Source: Octopus sinensis (taxonomy: Eukaryota). From it: a DNA stretch of 64,000 bases. A program made the translations under genes and the position numbers. Every line of letters starts with the position of its first letter. The stretch's first letter is position 1. Shown here piece by piece: positions 39,678-55,127 of the stretch. Under the pieces are notes generated by a model that was not told the origin of the DNA, did no database searches, and was given only the letters and a program-made list of their open reading frames with translations. The stretch spans positions 102,734,001-102,798,000 of the forward strand of contig NC_043001.1 of NCBI RefSeq assembly GCF_006345805.1. Reading direction: 5' to 3'.

Positions 39678-40067
39678 TAGATATATACATATATATACAT
39701 ATATGCATTTATATACATATATATATATATATATATTACATACATATATGCATATATACATACATATATGCATATAGATACATGTATATACATACATACA
39801 TATATGCATATATATATATACATATATACATCATATATGCTTACATATATACATATAAATATACATACATATATACATATAAATATACATATATGCATAT
39901 ATACATACATATATACACATGTATATACATACATATATACATATATACATCATATATGCATACATATATACATATAAATATACATACATATATACATATA
40001 AATATACATATATATATGCATACATATATACATATAAATATACATATATATATGCATACATATATGC

Positions 40068-40099
<32 letters not shown>

Positions 40100-40113
40100 G
40101 CATACATATATGC

Positions 40114-40151
<38 letters not shown>

Positions 40152-40217
40152 ATATGTACATACATACATATATATATACATATATATATATATATACATA
40201 CATACATATATATATAC

Positions 40218-40248
<31 letters not shown>

Positions 40249-40707
40249 CATACATATATATATATATACATATATATATATACATACATATATATATATA
40301 CATATATATATACATATATATATACATACATATATATATACATACATATATATATACATACATACATATATATATACATACATATATATAATACATACTA
40401 TATATATATATATACATACATATATATATATACATACATATATATATATATATATACATACATATATATATACATACATATATATATATACATACATACA
40501 TATATATATATACATACATATATATATATACATACATATATATATATACATACATACATATATATACATACATACATATATATATATACATACATATATA
40601 TATATACATACATATATATATATACATACATACATATATATATATATAATATATATATACATACATACATATATATATATACATACATATATATATATAT
40701 TACATAT

Positions 40708-40738
<31 letters not shown>

Positions 40739-40842
40739 TAATACATACATATATATATAATATATATACATACATATATATATATATTTACATACATCTA
40801 TATATACATACATCTATATAACATACATCTATATATACATAC

Positions 40843-40873
<31 letters not shown>

Positions 40874-40930
40874 CATGTATATATATATATATATATACAT
40901 ACATACATACATATATATATATACATACAT
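38724..40930. repeat. About 2.2-kb (TA)n/(TACA)n compound microsatellite field
   Basis: Seen directly; explains the many Y/I/H/T and M/C/V/Y ORFs. Confidence 0.97.
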
Positions 40931-41232
40931 CACCATCACCGACCAGTCATTCAGATGTTGATACACATCCCTGGTCACAATGCGCTTCTCATTGTTTTAG
41001 CCTTCAAATGACGCCACCCCGCTGGCTAAGCAAGCAGGCCAACAGAAGAAAGAGTGAGAGAAAGTTGTGGCGAAAGAGTACAGCAGGGATCGCCACCACC
41101 CACTGCCGGAGCTTCATGGAGCTTTAGGTGTTTTCGCTCAATAAACACTCACAACGCCTGGTCTGGGAATCGAAACCGCGATCCTAAGACTGTGAGTCCG
41201 CTGCCCTAACCAATGGGCCATTGCGCCTCCAC
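40931..41232 (-). mobile_element. tRNA-derived SINE (same family as 15037-15341)
   Basis: Reverse-complement colinear, with CpGs largely retained; bounded by TA repeats. Confidence 0.9.
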
Positions 41233-41267
<35 letters not shown>

Positions 41268-41442
41268 GCTGAAACTGTACGGTACGTAGGTGATTATTCC
41301 ATTTCGTATATTTCTTTTGTCTTATCCATTGCTTTGGGTCGTGCTGATTTTTATTTGAGAACAAAATCTTTGTGGAGAATGGCGATTTGACGTCTATATC
41401 TAGCATGTTGACTGTCCACCTTTTCGTGTTCAGTCCTTAATT

Positions 41443-41492
<50 letters not shown>

Positions 41493-41849
41493 TATATACA
41501 TATATATACATACATACAAACATATATATATATACATACATATATATATACATATACATACATATATACATACATATATACCATACATACATATAAATAC
41601 ATACATATATACATACATATATACATACATATATATATATACATATATATATACATATATACATCGCCTCCGAGCCAGTGGCACGTAAAAAGCACCATCC
41701 GATCATGGCCGTTGCCAGCCTCGCTTGGCACCTGTGCCGGTGGCACATAAAAAGCACCCACTACACTCATGGAGTGGTTGGCGTTAGGAAGGGCATCCAG
41801 CCGTAGAAATATTGCCAGATCAGACTGGGCCTGGTGCAGCCTTCAGGCT

Positions 41850-44800
41850 TCCTAGACCCAAATGGCCGTTTTGAAAAGCTTCTTCATATTTTCACAGTTC
41901 AAGAACAGCAACAGCTAGAAAATCAGCAGCCACAACAACAACAACAACAACAGAATGAGCCACTCCTGGTTCCCAGCACAATGGCTGACCCTAACATCGG
42001 TCAAGCACAACAACAACAACAACAGCCACAGCAACAAAACAACAACACGCCTCCTCAACCTAGCTTACTAGATGATTCACTAAATGCCAGTATCTTTTCA
42101 CACCGGCTCTCACAGCAACCACCACAATTATCATCATCATCACCACCAGCTGCCACCATCGTCTTCTATCACCAAAAATACCAACAGAAAACCAAATAAA
42201 AACCATTGCCCTCTTCCCCACATCACCACCTCAATACTACTGCAGTAACAAAAACTTAAAGAAACATAGGAAGCAGAATGCGCCCCCCACGGCACAAACA
42301 AGAATCCCCAATATGCCGCTATTCACTGCGCCAGAGACTCTGCACAAATAGTGACTTGCATCTTCACGCATCTACCGGCACTAGACGCACTACCGGCCAA
42401 GGCCAAAGCACGCATCCCACAATAACATCAACACCACCACCAATAGTAAATCGAAATTCAAACCACACAACTCGGAGTCCAAAATCTGCCGGTATTCCCA
42501 ACGTGAGAGAACATGTCTACTGAGTGACTGTCCCTTCACTCATCTTCCAGGGACCCGACGCACAACAAAACGGGGCTTCAAGCCAACACACAACCTGAAT
42601 AAAAATAAAAATAGAAACACACCATGCTGCAGTAATGCTGGTCCAGTCTTTTCAGGAAGACACAAAAACAAACAACAACAAAAGTGGAAACTACAACCCT
42701 ATCCAACAGTGCAACCACACCTCCAGCCAAAAACTGCTCCTAAGCAGGAAAATTCTTTTTTAGCCATGTTGAACATGGCAAAAGAGATACACAAAAACTT
42801 CTAGCCATCACTCAACACCATCCTATGCTATTACCCCAGTGCACCACCAATTCCCCACATTGCTGCCACTAACACACACAAAAAATCCAAGCCCCCTGCA
42901 ACAGTCAAAACCAGCCACTACACTAACCTCCACATTCCTACTCAATGCACAAGGTGTCAGCCCTTCCATCAATGCACAAAAATGGAAGGTCCAATTCATT
43001 GAGACTGGGTTGGTAACCATTCACATCACATCCCTTCTTCATTCTCACTGAGACCCACCTTGACAACTCCCACTTGGAAGCCGAAGTGAGAGTGAAGAAT
43101 TTCACAACCATCCGCGCGGATCGTATCGGCAGGAGGAAGGGTGGAACTGCTTTTCCTGCATGATTCATTTACGGCAGATGGAAATAGTATATTCTCCAAC
43201 GGCTACTGTGAATCAGTCACCGTGCACAACAAAGCCAATGACCTGACAGTTTGGGCTCTATAGGCCGCCCCAAACACCCATACTGTGCTTTAAAGAATGC
43301 CTCAACAGCATTAAGTGCTTTATTAACAGTGCCATTCTAGCAACTACTCATGATGGGAGACTTCAATCTACCCTGTGTTGACTGACTACAAACTGTTTGA
43401 AACCAAGCACTCCCGCCTCAACCGCTGACAAAGAAGCAGCAGAGTCACTTTTCGACTTTACGAATGAGTTTTTTCTTGTCCCAACTTGTCCTTGCACCAA
43501 CAAGACATCAGAACATTTTGGACCTAGTGTTTAGTAACCACACTAAACTATACATAACGTTACAGTGGAAAAAACCCTTCTTTCAGACCATGACATGATT
43601 CTCTGTAACATGAAATTCCACCAGCTGAAAGCTAATCTAGTGACCTTCCTCCAGCCCCCATTTGACAACATGGATCTCCAAATGCCAACTGGATGCAATC
43701 AGGAACGAGCTATCACATGTTGACTGGTCCTTTACACATACACACATCTCCACCAACCATAAAACATCTTGGCAGATCTTTGTAGACACCGTCACAGACA
43801 TATGTGCAAAACACTCCCCACCAAGACCTGTGAACAAAAAGTGCAGAATCCCCCAAAACAGAAAAACCATTATCAGAAAAATAAAAAGAACAAACAAAAA
43901 ATTAACAAACTAAGTACTGCCAACAGCAACACAACATTCGACGGCTATCGCACTGCTTGATCTAAAAAATATAACCTCCAACAATGCATGAAGACCCTCA
44001 TCAATAACCAAGATCAGCTGAGGAGAAGTGGGCCATTGAAAAAATCAAACTGAACCCCAAAGTGTTCTTTTCCTTTGCGAGGAAACGCAGGGTCACTGTC
44101 TCCACTGTAGGCCCTCTATTGAAGAAACTGGCACTCTCCAGATAATGCCAAATCCATGGCCGAGATACTGCAGAAACAATACTGCTCTGTTTTCACAGCA
44201 ATCCTGATATGGCCGATCTGGGCTGTATCAGTGATGTCAACCCCCAACACACTATATCGGACATAACGTTTAGTGCCCCTGATGTCTTAGCGGCGATAAA
44301 CGAAATAAAACACAATTCAGCAGTAGGCCCCGATAGGTTCCCTGCTTGTGTCCTGAAGGTGTGTCGACACCAACTTGCATCTCCCCTTGCTAATCTGTGG
44401 AGAAACTCACTGGATGCTGGCTATATTCCAAAAAACCTTCTGTCCCAGTCTGTTGTCCCAGTTTTCAAAAAGGGAAACAAGTCCCTTGCAGTGAATTACC
44501 GTCCGATCTATCACTCACCTCTCATATCATCAAGGTATTTGAGAGGGTGGTGAGATCTCGAATAACCCAATTTCTGGAAAGCAACAGACGGCTGATCTCC
44601 AACCACATGGGTTCCGTAATGGAAGGGACTGCCTAACGCAGCTCCTGCTCATCACTTTGAGGACATTTTGAGAGCTTTGGGAGAGGGCTCCAACACCGAT
44701 GTCATCTACCTTGATTTCAGTAAGGCCTTCGACAGGGTCATCACAAGATCCTATTGAAAAAACTATCCACATTGGTGTCTCTGGAAAGTTACTGAAATGG

Positions 44801-45945
44801 ATCAGTGTTTCCTGACAGACAGATCTCAACATGTTGTAGTTGAAGGGGTAAAATCAAGCCCAGCCAAAGTCAGTAGTGGCGTTCTGCAAGGCACTGTGCT
44901 GGGCCCACTTCTTTTCATCATTTACATTAATGACATTAATGACATCATCAACACAGCAACATAAAAATCTTTGCAGATGACTCCAGCTACAGAAGGTCAT
45001 AATGAGGCGAGTGACCGGACATGCCTTCAGTCAGATCTACTGGCTGTTATCCAATGGGCAGAAAAAAACAATATGCTGCTGAACGAGGATAAATTTGAGC
45101 TAATCCACTTTGGAAAAGAGGATGCCCTGAAACTCCCATACTCCCTTCCTTCAGGTGAAACTCTCGCGGCGTCCAACAACATCAGAGACTTGGGAGTAAT
45201 TGTGGACAACAACATAAGCTGGGCCACTCATATATAACACCAAAGTTGACATGGCCCGCAGAATGTGTTCCTGGATTCTCAGAACTTTCCAGTCGAGAGA
45301 TATCCACACCATTATCCTTCTCTTCTCCACTTTTGCCCGACCCACACCTTGAATACTGTTGTCCACTGTGGTCTCCCCACACAATACAAGGTATCATAAA
45401 AGTTGAAGCACCTCAAAGGGCAATCACAAAAAAGATAGATGGCATGAGACAGGCCTCGACTATTGGGGTCGACTAGAAAAGCTAAAACTCTATTCTTCTC
45501 TCCAACGTCGTCGTGAGCGCTACATCATCTGCATGATGTGGAAAATATTCCATCAGCATTGCCCAAATGATGTTGGCATCACCTTCAAGGTACATCCAAG
45601 GCTTGGCCCCGTGCCATCCGCCCAAAACAAAAATCGCACTCTCATCTCATAACAACAATACGGCACAATTATTTCACCTCAATTGGCCCCGCTCTCTTTA
45701 ACATTACACCAAAACATATTAAAACAGAAACTGACCCTATAGGGTTCAAGAGTCTTTGGACAGATTCCTTCAAGAAATCCCGGATAAACCCCCTACAACC
45801 CCGATATGTCTCTGTAAACAATAACTCTCTACTTGAGTGGGCCATAGTGCCCAAATTCTGACTTGAAAGACTTCACCAGGTGGTGCTATTAAGTTAGACA
45901 TGGCCTGGGCCAATAATGGCCGAAACCTATCAAAGTATCAAAGTA
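41850..45945 (+). mobile_element. Near full-length degenerate CR1-clade LINE (ORF1-like region, APE endonuclease, RT, 3' tail)
   Basis: Endonuclease motifs LLNAQG, ETHL, YRPP and MGDFNLP. RT motifs SAVGPD, PVFKKGNKSLAVNYRPI, YLDFSKAFD, QGTVLGPLLF and IFADD. Ends with (ATCAAAGT)2 running into (TA)n. Many frameshifts and stops. Confidence 0.9.
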
Positions 45946-46201
45946 TATATATGTATATATGTATATACGTATATATATGTATATATATATATGTATATAT
46001 ATATATGTATATATTATAAACCTGTGAAAAATCTTTCTTAGAACTTATTGCAAACCATCTCAAGGTGAAATCTTTTTATTTCAATTTTTTTTTTCTTTGT
46101 TATTACAACCTGTTTTTTTTTCACACTGCATTATTTCATTAAATTATTTAACAGAGAAATAATTAGAATATTTCTTAAAATTTTCAATTATCATCACATC
46201 A

Positions 46202-46233
<32 letters not shown>

Positions 46234-46237
<4 letters not shown>

Positions 46238-46298
46238 AATAATATATATATACATATAGATATACATATATATATACATATATATACATATACATTAT

Positions 46299-46331
<33 letters not shown>

Positions 46332-46525
46332 ATACATCAACTTTCAACTTTCAAACATATATATATATATATATATATATTACATATATATACATATATA
46401 TATATATATATACATATATATACATATACATATACATATATATATATACATATACATATATATATATATATACATATACATATACATATATATATATATA
46501 TACATATTATATATACATATACATA

Positions 46526-46592
<67 letters not shown>

Positions 46593-47179
46593 ATATATAT
46601 ACACATATATATATATATACACATATATATATATATACACATATATATATATATATATAATACATATATATATATACATATATATATATATATGTATATA
46701 TATATATGTATATATATATGTTATATATATATGTATATATATAATGTATATATATATATGTATATATATATATGTATATATATATATGTATATATATATT
46801 ATATATATGTATTATATATATGTATATATATATATGTATATAGTGTGTATATATATATGTATATATATATGTATATATATATATATTGTGTATATATATA
46901 TATATTGTATATGTATGTATATATATATATATATGTATATATATATACACATATATATACATATGTATATATATAACACATATATATACATATGTATATA
47001 TACATATATATATATACATATATATACATATATATATATACATATATATACATATATATATATACATATATATATATACATATATATATAATATATATAT
47101 ATTACTATTATATATACATATATATATATACATATATATATATACATATATAATACTATATATACATATATATATATAC

Positions 47180-47212
<33 letters not shown>

Positions 47213-47372
47213 CATATATATATACATATATATATACATATATATACATATATATATACATATATAGATATATATATATATATATATATAGATGATACAG
47301 AGGCAAAGTGTTTTGGTGTAGGTGTATATATGTGCATGCATATATATATATATATATATATACATATAATAT
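46234..47372. repeat. (TA)n/(TACA)n/(TATG)n microsatellite field
   Basis: Seen directly. Confidence 0.97.
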
Positions 47373-47992
47373 ATATAATTATGCACACTAATATATCTTC
47401 ACATACACACATGCACACAGCACAACCATACATTTGCAATTACACACATAACAGAGAGAGGAGAGAGGGGAGAGTGGGAGAGAAATGCACACCAACCAAA
47501 ATATATGCCTCAAGTGAAGTATGGGATAGTATGTTGTGTGTTGGGTGTGAGGTGAGGCTGCCAGACTAGAAACAGTGGGGTGTGAGAAAGCCCGTGCTAA
47601 CAATTGCATCAAACAAATGTTAAAACATGGATAATCAATAAAACTATTTCTTGTCTTACACAGATATCAATATATATGGAAAGCGATGCTGTTGAGGGTG
47701 GTGGGGCATGGTGGTGCACCCCCCTCCCGCTCCTCTACATTTCTTTTATCCCTGGCCACAGTCAACAACAACAACAACAACTAAACTAACTAAATTCAGA
47801 CAAGGAACACCTAAAGACATTTAGTCTGAAGGGAGGGGAAAAAAAACATATACGTTGAGTGTGTGTGTGCACAAGAACACACACAAGTTGTTCATGAGTA
47901 AACAGAAATGTATGTGTCTGTCTACTATTTATAGGCACACACACACACACACACACATGCACACACACACACACACACACACCACATAATAT

Positions 47993-48025
<33 letters not shown>

Positions 48026-48359
48026 AAGTTATACAAATACAAGTGCATACACTTATCACTGGTTAATGTTTGTTTCCACAATCACATTAAATATGTCTGG
48101 ATGTAAGTGTAAATACAGACTTTTTGATTAGTAGTTATCTGTGTGTGTGTGTGTGTGTACACACACATACGTTCATGTTTGTGTAAACACACTTGGTTTC
48201 ATATGCATACACTTGTACATACAACAGTGAAATTCCTATATCCAAACTTGCAGAAAGACAACCATAGACAATAACTGAGAATGAAGAATCTGTTTTTTTT
48301 TCTTTCTTTTTTTTTTGTAGATTTGCTAAATAAGAAAATGTAAAACAAAGAGAGAATCA

Positions 48360-48518
<159 letters not shown>

Positions 48519-49039
48519 TCAAAGATTTTCAAATAGTTTCATACAATTTTGTTAAAACAAATACTGAGAATTTTAACTGTTTATTTGTCTATCAGTGATG
48601 AATCCAAACCAAACTAGCAGAACCATATTTCACCCTCGCAATGACAAGACACCTTACTAACCACAATTCATTAACTTGAAATAACTCAATCTTTTAAAAA
48701 CAACCATCAAAGCTTGGAGTGAGCTGTATCTTTATTTTAGGAATAAAGAAAACTTTCCCCTCACCCTACCCCAACAAACCAATCTACATCTCTTCTCTTT
48801 CTTGCATTTCCTCCTCCATTCACTATGCCTAGCTCTCACTCTCCAATCCTGTCCTCACATCTCTGTTCCTCTGTGTCATTGCTATCCAGTAGCCCCTCCA
48901 AATCTATATATGCTCAGGTCTTTCATCACTTACTCACACTCTTTAATCGCACTCACTTCGCAATATCCTGTCACTTATATTATGACATTTGAACCTCAAG
49001 GGTACGCCCTGGCACTTGCCACTATCTAGATCTCTCTCT

Positions 49040-49270
49040 TCCTTTACTCAACCATCTCATTTATACTCTGATCCCTGTTCCTTGTGAGTATGCCCAGCAT
49101 CTTGCCACCATCTCGATCCTGTGCTTTCCCACTCTTTCTCTCTCTCCTGCTGCACTTCCCTCCAGTTGGGCAACCATGTATTTTCTTTGCGATAGCACAC
49201 CTGCTTCCGTCTTCATTCATTTTCTCTCTCTCCGGCTGTGTAACCTTGTACTTCCTCTTCAGCAAGAGAC
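49040..49270 (-). mobile_element. Degenerate RTE 3' fragment
   Basis: MNEDGSRCAIAKKIHGCPTGGKCSRRERK...MLGILT loosely resembles RMNEDSCVKKC..L.VEG.C.RGRPRKTW. Confidence 0.35.
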
Positions 49271-50999
49271 CTATATCTGTCTCACTATAACCTTTTCATC
49301 GCCTCTCCCTATGCCTCCTCCCCTCTTAAAAGTTTTTGTCTTGCAAGTATTTGGTGACCCTGTCAGTGCAGGTGCTACTTAAAAGTACCCAGTCCACATT
49401 GTAAAGTGGTTGGTGTTCGGAAGGGTATCCAGCTGTAAAACCTTGCCAAAACTGACCTCACCTGTGCTTGTGCCACATAAAAAGCACTAAGTCCATTCTG
49501 CTGAGTGGTTGGTGTTGGGAAGGGCATCCAGCTGTAAAAATCCTGCCAAAAGAGTCGCAGAAGTTTGGTGCAGGCTTCTGGCTGGCCCGCTCTTGTGGTA
49601 CTGCCCCATCCATACTAGCATGGAACACGGACGTTAGATGATGATGATGAAAACAATGATGAAAGAAAATCTTGAATGCAAGAGAATAGCTGTGAAAACA
49701 GCTTTGAAGATCAGGTACCTCTACTTCCTTGAGAGGTATAAAGTTCAACTCACTGTAGTGGCTTGCTGACCACATTTTGTCCATCTTCCAAGGGTAATTT
49801 TACTCAATCTTCTAAATGTCTTCACAGCTATTATCCTGTGTTCAAGATTTCCTTAATTTCTAAAATAAGAATATCTCTTTTATATTTTGCTTCATAACTG
49901 GAAGCCTAACTACAAAAATATTTACTCCAACAATTCTTCATGAAAATGACAAAAATACACCATATTTCTAGTGACAGTGAAGGAAAATAATGGTGCAGGC
50001 GTGGTTGCGTGGAAACAAGTTTGCTTTGCAATCACATGGCTCTGGGTTCAGTCCCATTACATGACAACTTGAGCAGGCGTCTTTTACTATAGCCTCAGAG
50101 TGACCAAAGCCTTATGAGTGAATTTGGTAGACAAAAATTGAAAGAAGCCCATTTTGTGTGTGTGTGTGTGTGTGTATCCCCTGCCATTACTTGATAACTG
50201 ATATTGGTGTGCTTACATCCCAATAACTTAGCCATTTGGAAATAGAGACTGATAGAATAGGCACTAGGCTTCAAAAAAATTTTTTTTAATAAGTACTAGG
50301 GTTGATTCATTTGACTAAAAACCCTTCAATTTGGTGCCCCAGTAAGGCCAGTCTAAAGACAGAGATAAAAGAAAACTGACCATTGTGTTTGGCAGTTGGA
50401 AAATGGTTGTTTATATTGAAAGAAATTAGATGCAACGGAATAGACACCTATTATGAAGAACATCATAAATAACTCCATTCTCAGCCTATGCCAAAGCCAT
50501 ACAACTACATGCAATTATAATCATATTCATTAACCTTCTCTGTGTCTATGGAACCCATCATAGAGAAAGGTGATCCAAAGAATCTTCTACCTGTTTCTCT
50601 AAAAAATCCATTTTTAGGGATGGGTGCTCAGATCCATTCCCTCACAAAAATGAAAGGAGAGAGAGAGAGAGAGAGAAAGCTATATATAACCATCATAATA
50701 AGGTATTGGATAGTAAGAGTGTAGATTAGTGTTTGACCAAAATATTTTAACTCCCAATATTTATTTAGTTGTATGTGGGCATCATGGCTGAAGGATGCAA
50801 ATAGTAATACTGTAAAAATGCATTTCATTGGTTTGCACTATGAATTTTAAGTCTTCAAATGAGAACAGAAACATTTTTCAAGAGGAGGGTGATATGTTGG
50901 GTGACCAACATATTATTGGAAAATATATTAATGATGTATCGGGAAAAAAAAATACAATGACAATGCTTTTGTGTTAGTTATATAACATTGAGGATATCA

Positions 51000-51370
51000 A
51001 CAAAGACTGTGACATAAAGGATGACAACAACAAACATAGGGAAAACGACAATGATGAAGAATGTGACATCAGAGAAAATGATGGAGAATGGGATAATGCC
51101 AATGACAGTAGAGATGGTGATGGGGAAAAATAATGTTTGTGAAAATTATGATGTTATGATGATGGTGGTGGTGGCGGGTGGTGCAGAGGTTGATGATGAG
51201 GAAAATGATGATGGTAACAACAAAGAGGATTGTGGTGTTTGTAATGAGGAATGCCAAGATGATGATAGTCAATACGAGGGTGATGACAAAAACAATAATG
51301 ATGATGGTTAAGAGTGTGATAGCAATGATAATGCTGATGATACTCAAGATGATAAATATGATGGTGACAG
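51000..51370. repeat. Degenerate (GAT/AAT)n low-complexity tract
   Basis: Seen directly; similar tracts at 1150-1275, 20490-20625 and 25560-25690. Confidence 0.8.
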
Positions 51371-54300
51371 TGGTGGTGTTCCCAGGGTTGATTCTAAGCA
51401 TGTAAAATTTGTAGGCCACTGTTTTTGCTGAAGGGATCAACCAGTTATGATGTATGTCTGTGAACTTATGCAGGACACCAACCATACACTGTCTCAGAGT
51501 CGGCACACACAATGTCACACAGCCAGGAGGGAAATTTGCTCTCCTGTTGGAGTTGACATCCACAAATGATGTGGCATAGACTAAGAAGTGCTGCTGATGG
51601 TAAAGATGACAACTGTGAAGGTGGTGATAGTGATAGTGGTGACAGTAGTGAAGATGATGATGGAAATGATATTTTAGAAAATTTAATTCTTTTCTTCGAG
51701 TGAGGTCATTGCCAGTACTGCTTGACTGGCCCTGTGGCCATGGCACGTAAAAAGCACCCACTACACTCTCAGAGTGGTTGGCGTTAGGAAGGGCATCCAG
51801 CTGTAGAAACTCTGGCAGATCAAGATTGGAGCCTGATGCGGCCATCTGGTTCGCCAGTCCTCAGTCAAAATTGTTCAACCCATGCTAGCATGGAAAGTGG
51901 ATGTTAAACGACGAACGATATTATACACACATCTACAATCATTATCTTTCTTCTCTTCAGTTCCAGTTATTCAATAGTCTTTTCATGTCCAAAATAAACT
52001 GAAAAGATTGCATTAAATTTTTGACATATTTCTTCATTTCTATCAGAATAGCATATGAGAAAATGTAGGAAAAGGCCACTTTGTAGAGGTCGAGTGACCT
52101 AACTGCAATATAGTACCGGCATTTATTTTACCAATTCCATAGAAAATGGTAAAGGTAGCTGAATGTATGTGTGCATATTTTTGTTATGATAGTAATACTT
52201 AGAAAACATGCTAAAGAAGGAGATACTGTAATAGTGAATATTGATTATATACACATTTTTTTTCTTCCTGATTAAATTCCATTTCTGTCTGCCAAAACAA
52301 ACTTTCATCAGAAAGGATAGCTGTTCAAACACTTGTTGAGTCATCTACAAACTCAACATACTGAAAATAGTTTTCTTTCTCTTTCTTTCTCTCTTATCTG
52401 TATTTTCCTACATACACACACACACAGTTGTATGTGTGTGCGTATATATAGATAGTCTACTGCCACATCCTCTGATGTCTGCATAATCCACTTATGTCAC
52501 TGATACTTTATTTTTACTGATTCAGGGAGGATGAAAGACTAAGTCGACTCCTGTGGGATTCAAACTCACAACTATTATCTACTGAATCGTTTGTCAATTA
52601 TCCAAAACTCAATAACCAAACCATCTGTCTTGCCTTCAGGAAATATTTATCAATAATAGCATTAATGTCCTGCAAATATTGGAGAAGCTTAAAGAAACTA
52701 TTAACATATGAGCATTTAAATATATATGCACATGTGCATATCCACTCACACGCATACACATATGCATGCCAACACAGCTTTTTCCTGTCTTGTATAATTC
52801 ATTTAACAACTTTAATGAATTATTTTCCTAAATATCTTAACTGCCATACTCACAATGTCAAAAGTGTATGATGTCGTGTCAAGGCAATTCTTCCAGTTCA
52901 CCAAATGCAATGTACAGTGAACATTTCCAGCCAATTTCTATAGTTGTCCCATAACAGGAAAGACAACGTTTGCTGGAAGATTACGAAAAGAACGGTCAGC
53001 AGATAGTTGAACAAATTTCAGCTGAGAACCTTTAACAAAGACCAGAATAAGGTGGTGGAAGAGAGAGGAAGTTATGAGAGTATGGGATGATGAAATGGTT
53101 GCAAACCATTTTAGAAATGGGGAGGCCAGGTGGATGGGGTAGATGACATGGAAACCAAGTTAGAAGGAAAATTAAATAGAAAGTGACAGATACAGAGCAA
53201 GCACAGAGAAACTTGTTAAATGATGAGTAAATGGGAAATAATTTGAAAACTTCCAGGCAGGCTTGAATTTTATAGAAGCATGTTTTTTGGTTTCATTTTG
53301 TTAAGTGCCTCATAAAATGTTAAAGATTGCTGATACAGAGCAAGGTTAAAAGTATTATATTAACAATTTAAGTATAAAGCCACAGAAAGTATTACAATCA
53401 AACTAAACTCAAAAAATAAAATAAAATATAACAAATTCTAGTTTACATATGAGAAAATGGAATTATTAATTGTCTTATAAAGCCAGAATAATTCAATAAA
53501 TATTTGTGCTATGTGATAGCCACTAACTTGAGCGAAAATAGTTCAGACAAATAACTGTATCCTATTTAAAAACAAGTCATGAATTCGTCTAATGATTCTA
53601 TAGAGCAAAATGTGTCTTTGGTTATCTTTGCAGTAATCATGAATTAGCAAACAATTCAATTGAGTAGACACTGCCCACTTAAAGAACACTGAGCAATGAA
53701 TTATATGCAAATCAACTCATTTCTATGGCTGGTTATACATTTATCAGAGCAAATTTAACATGACTGGAAATCACATTCAACCTGTCTTGCCAAAATGAAA
53801 GGCCAGCACAAATCTACCCAATTAAAAATGATCGCTAATTTCACCAATGTCACCATAACCCAGTTATAGCAGCATGGCAACAAATTTGTCCAAAAATATA
53901 TAGCAGATATATTGCTACAAATAATCAACAATAAACAAAACAGTATAATAAATATAAAATAAAAACAATTTGTGTACCCATATACCTGGCCCTCTGTCAG
54001 TTACAAGAATGAGAATTCCAGCTGATGTGATCAACAGAACAGCATGAAATTTGCCCTTCATCCTTTTGGAGTCGATAAAATAAGTAGGAGTTGAACACAG
54101 GGGTCAATTTTATCAACTGACCTCTTTCCTCAAATTTTCAGACTTGGTGACAATAATAGAGAGAATTATTAAAAGAAATCATTATTATGATGAAAGTAAA
54201 CAAAGTTTGTTTTAGAAGCGTTGAGATGTATTGAAAGATAGAGAAATAATTTTTTTATTCTCAAACGCATGGGAGCAATCACACTTAATTGTGAAGACTT

Positions 54301-55127
54301 TTGTTGTAGTATCCTCAACACACTGCAAAAAGCAAATGATACACGATGACAAGAATATGGTTGTTTCGTCATTCTCTGAGGCCTTTTCTGGAATATGCCT
54401 TTCACACTTCTTTTCATACTGCTAACATAACTTTCAGTGCATCCAAATCCCATTTCCGTCATGACTAGACAATGTGATATGGGCAAATGTTTCTTTTCAT
54501 ATGTTATGCGCTCACTGTATTATGGTTCATTATGTGCTTTAAGTGGTTTCTGATGGATGACAGGCTTCAATAATCTGCAGAGATCATGAAACACTTCAGT
54601 CTCATTTTAGAGTCCAGCACTTGTCAAGGATTTTGCCTGTGTACTTCAACTTTGTTCAGTTTATGCAGATATCAATCATGGAGGGTCTTTTCTTGAATGA
54701 CAATTAACAACCTACAAAGGAACCCTAGTTGACGATAGCTTGAATCCTTATTTCTGAAAGACTAATGTTTATTGGACACAACTACCACGCTTGCAGTGTC
54801 ATATCTAAATAAACTCGGTTCAGGCAAGGAAAGCTCACCAATAACATTGTCAAGTTTGGAGCATCTCTAAGTGTTCAAGGTAATAAGACACATAGATCAA
54901 CTGGAAAAGCTTAATGAAGTTCAATTTGGTAATAGCTAACATATATCCAAGATTATCATTGTCTAGTTCTTTGCTGTGGTAGCAGCAGTAGCAAGTCTAA
55001 CAGAGAAGATCACATATTTCAAAGGAGTGCGTGTGGCCAATTTAATTGACTCATTAACCCCAGTAAATTACTGTAACTTATTTTACTGACCTTGGAGGAA
55101 TGCAAAACCTCAAGGGATGTAAACTAA

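Noticed and set aside
38661-40775. Long ORFs (up to 319 aa) rich in Y/I/H/T/M/C/V
   Set aside because: Translations of (TA)/(TACA) microsatellite; the same applies to 46337-47569.
45895-45930. GGCC-aataat-GGCC-GAAAC hairpin resembling hammerhead stem II
   Set aside because: No CUGANGA core upstream; it is better read as the LINE 3' stem-loop.
51069-51845. 258-aa minus-strand ORF
   Set aside because: Chimera of a SINE module (GAFYVP motif) and (CAT)n low-complexity sequence.
52940-53010. P-loop-like SCPITGKTT
   Set aside because: Lacks the first Gly, ends in a stop, and has no exon context.
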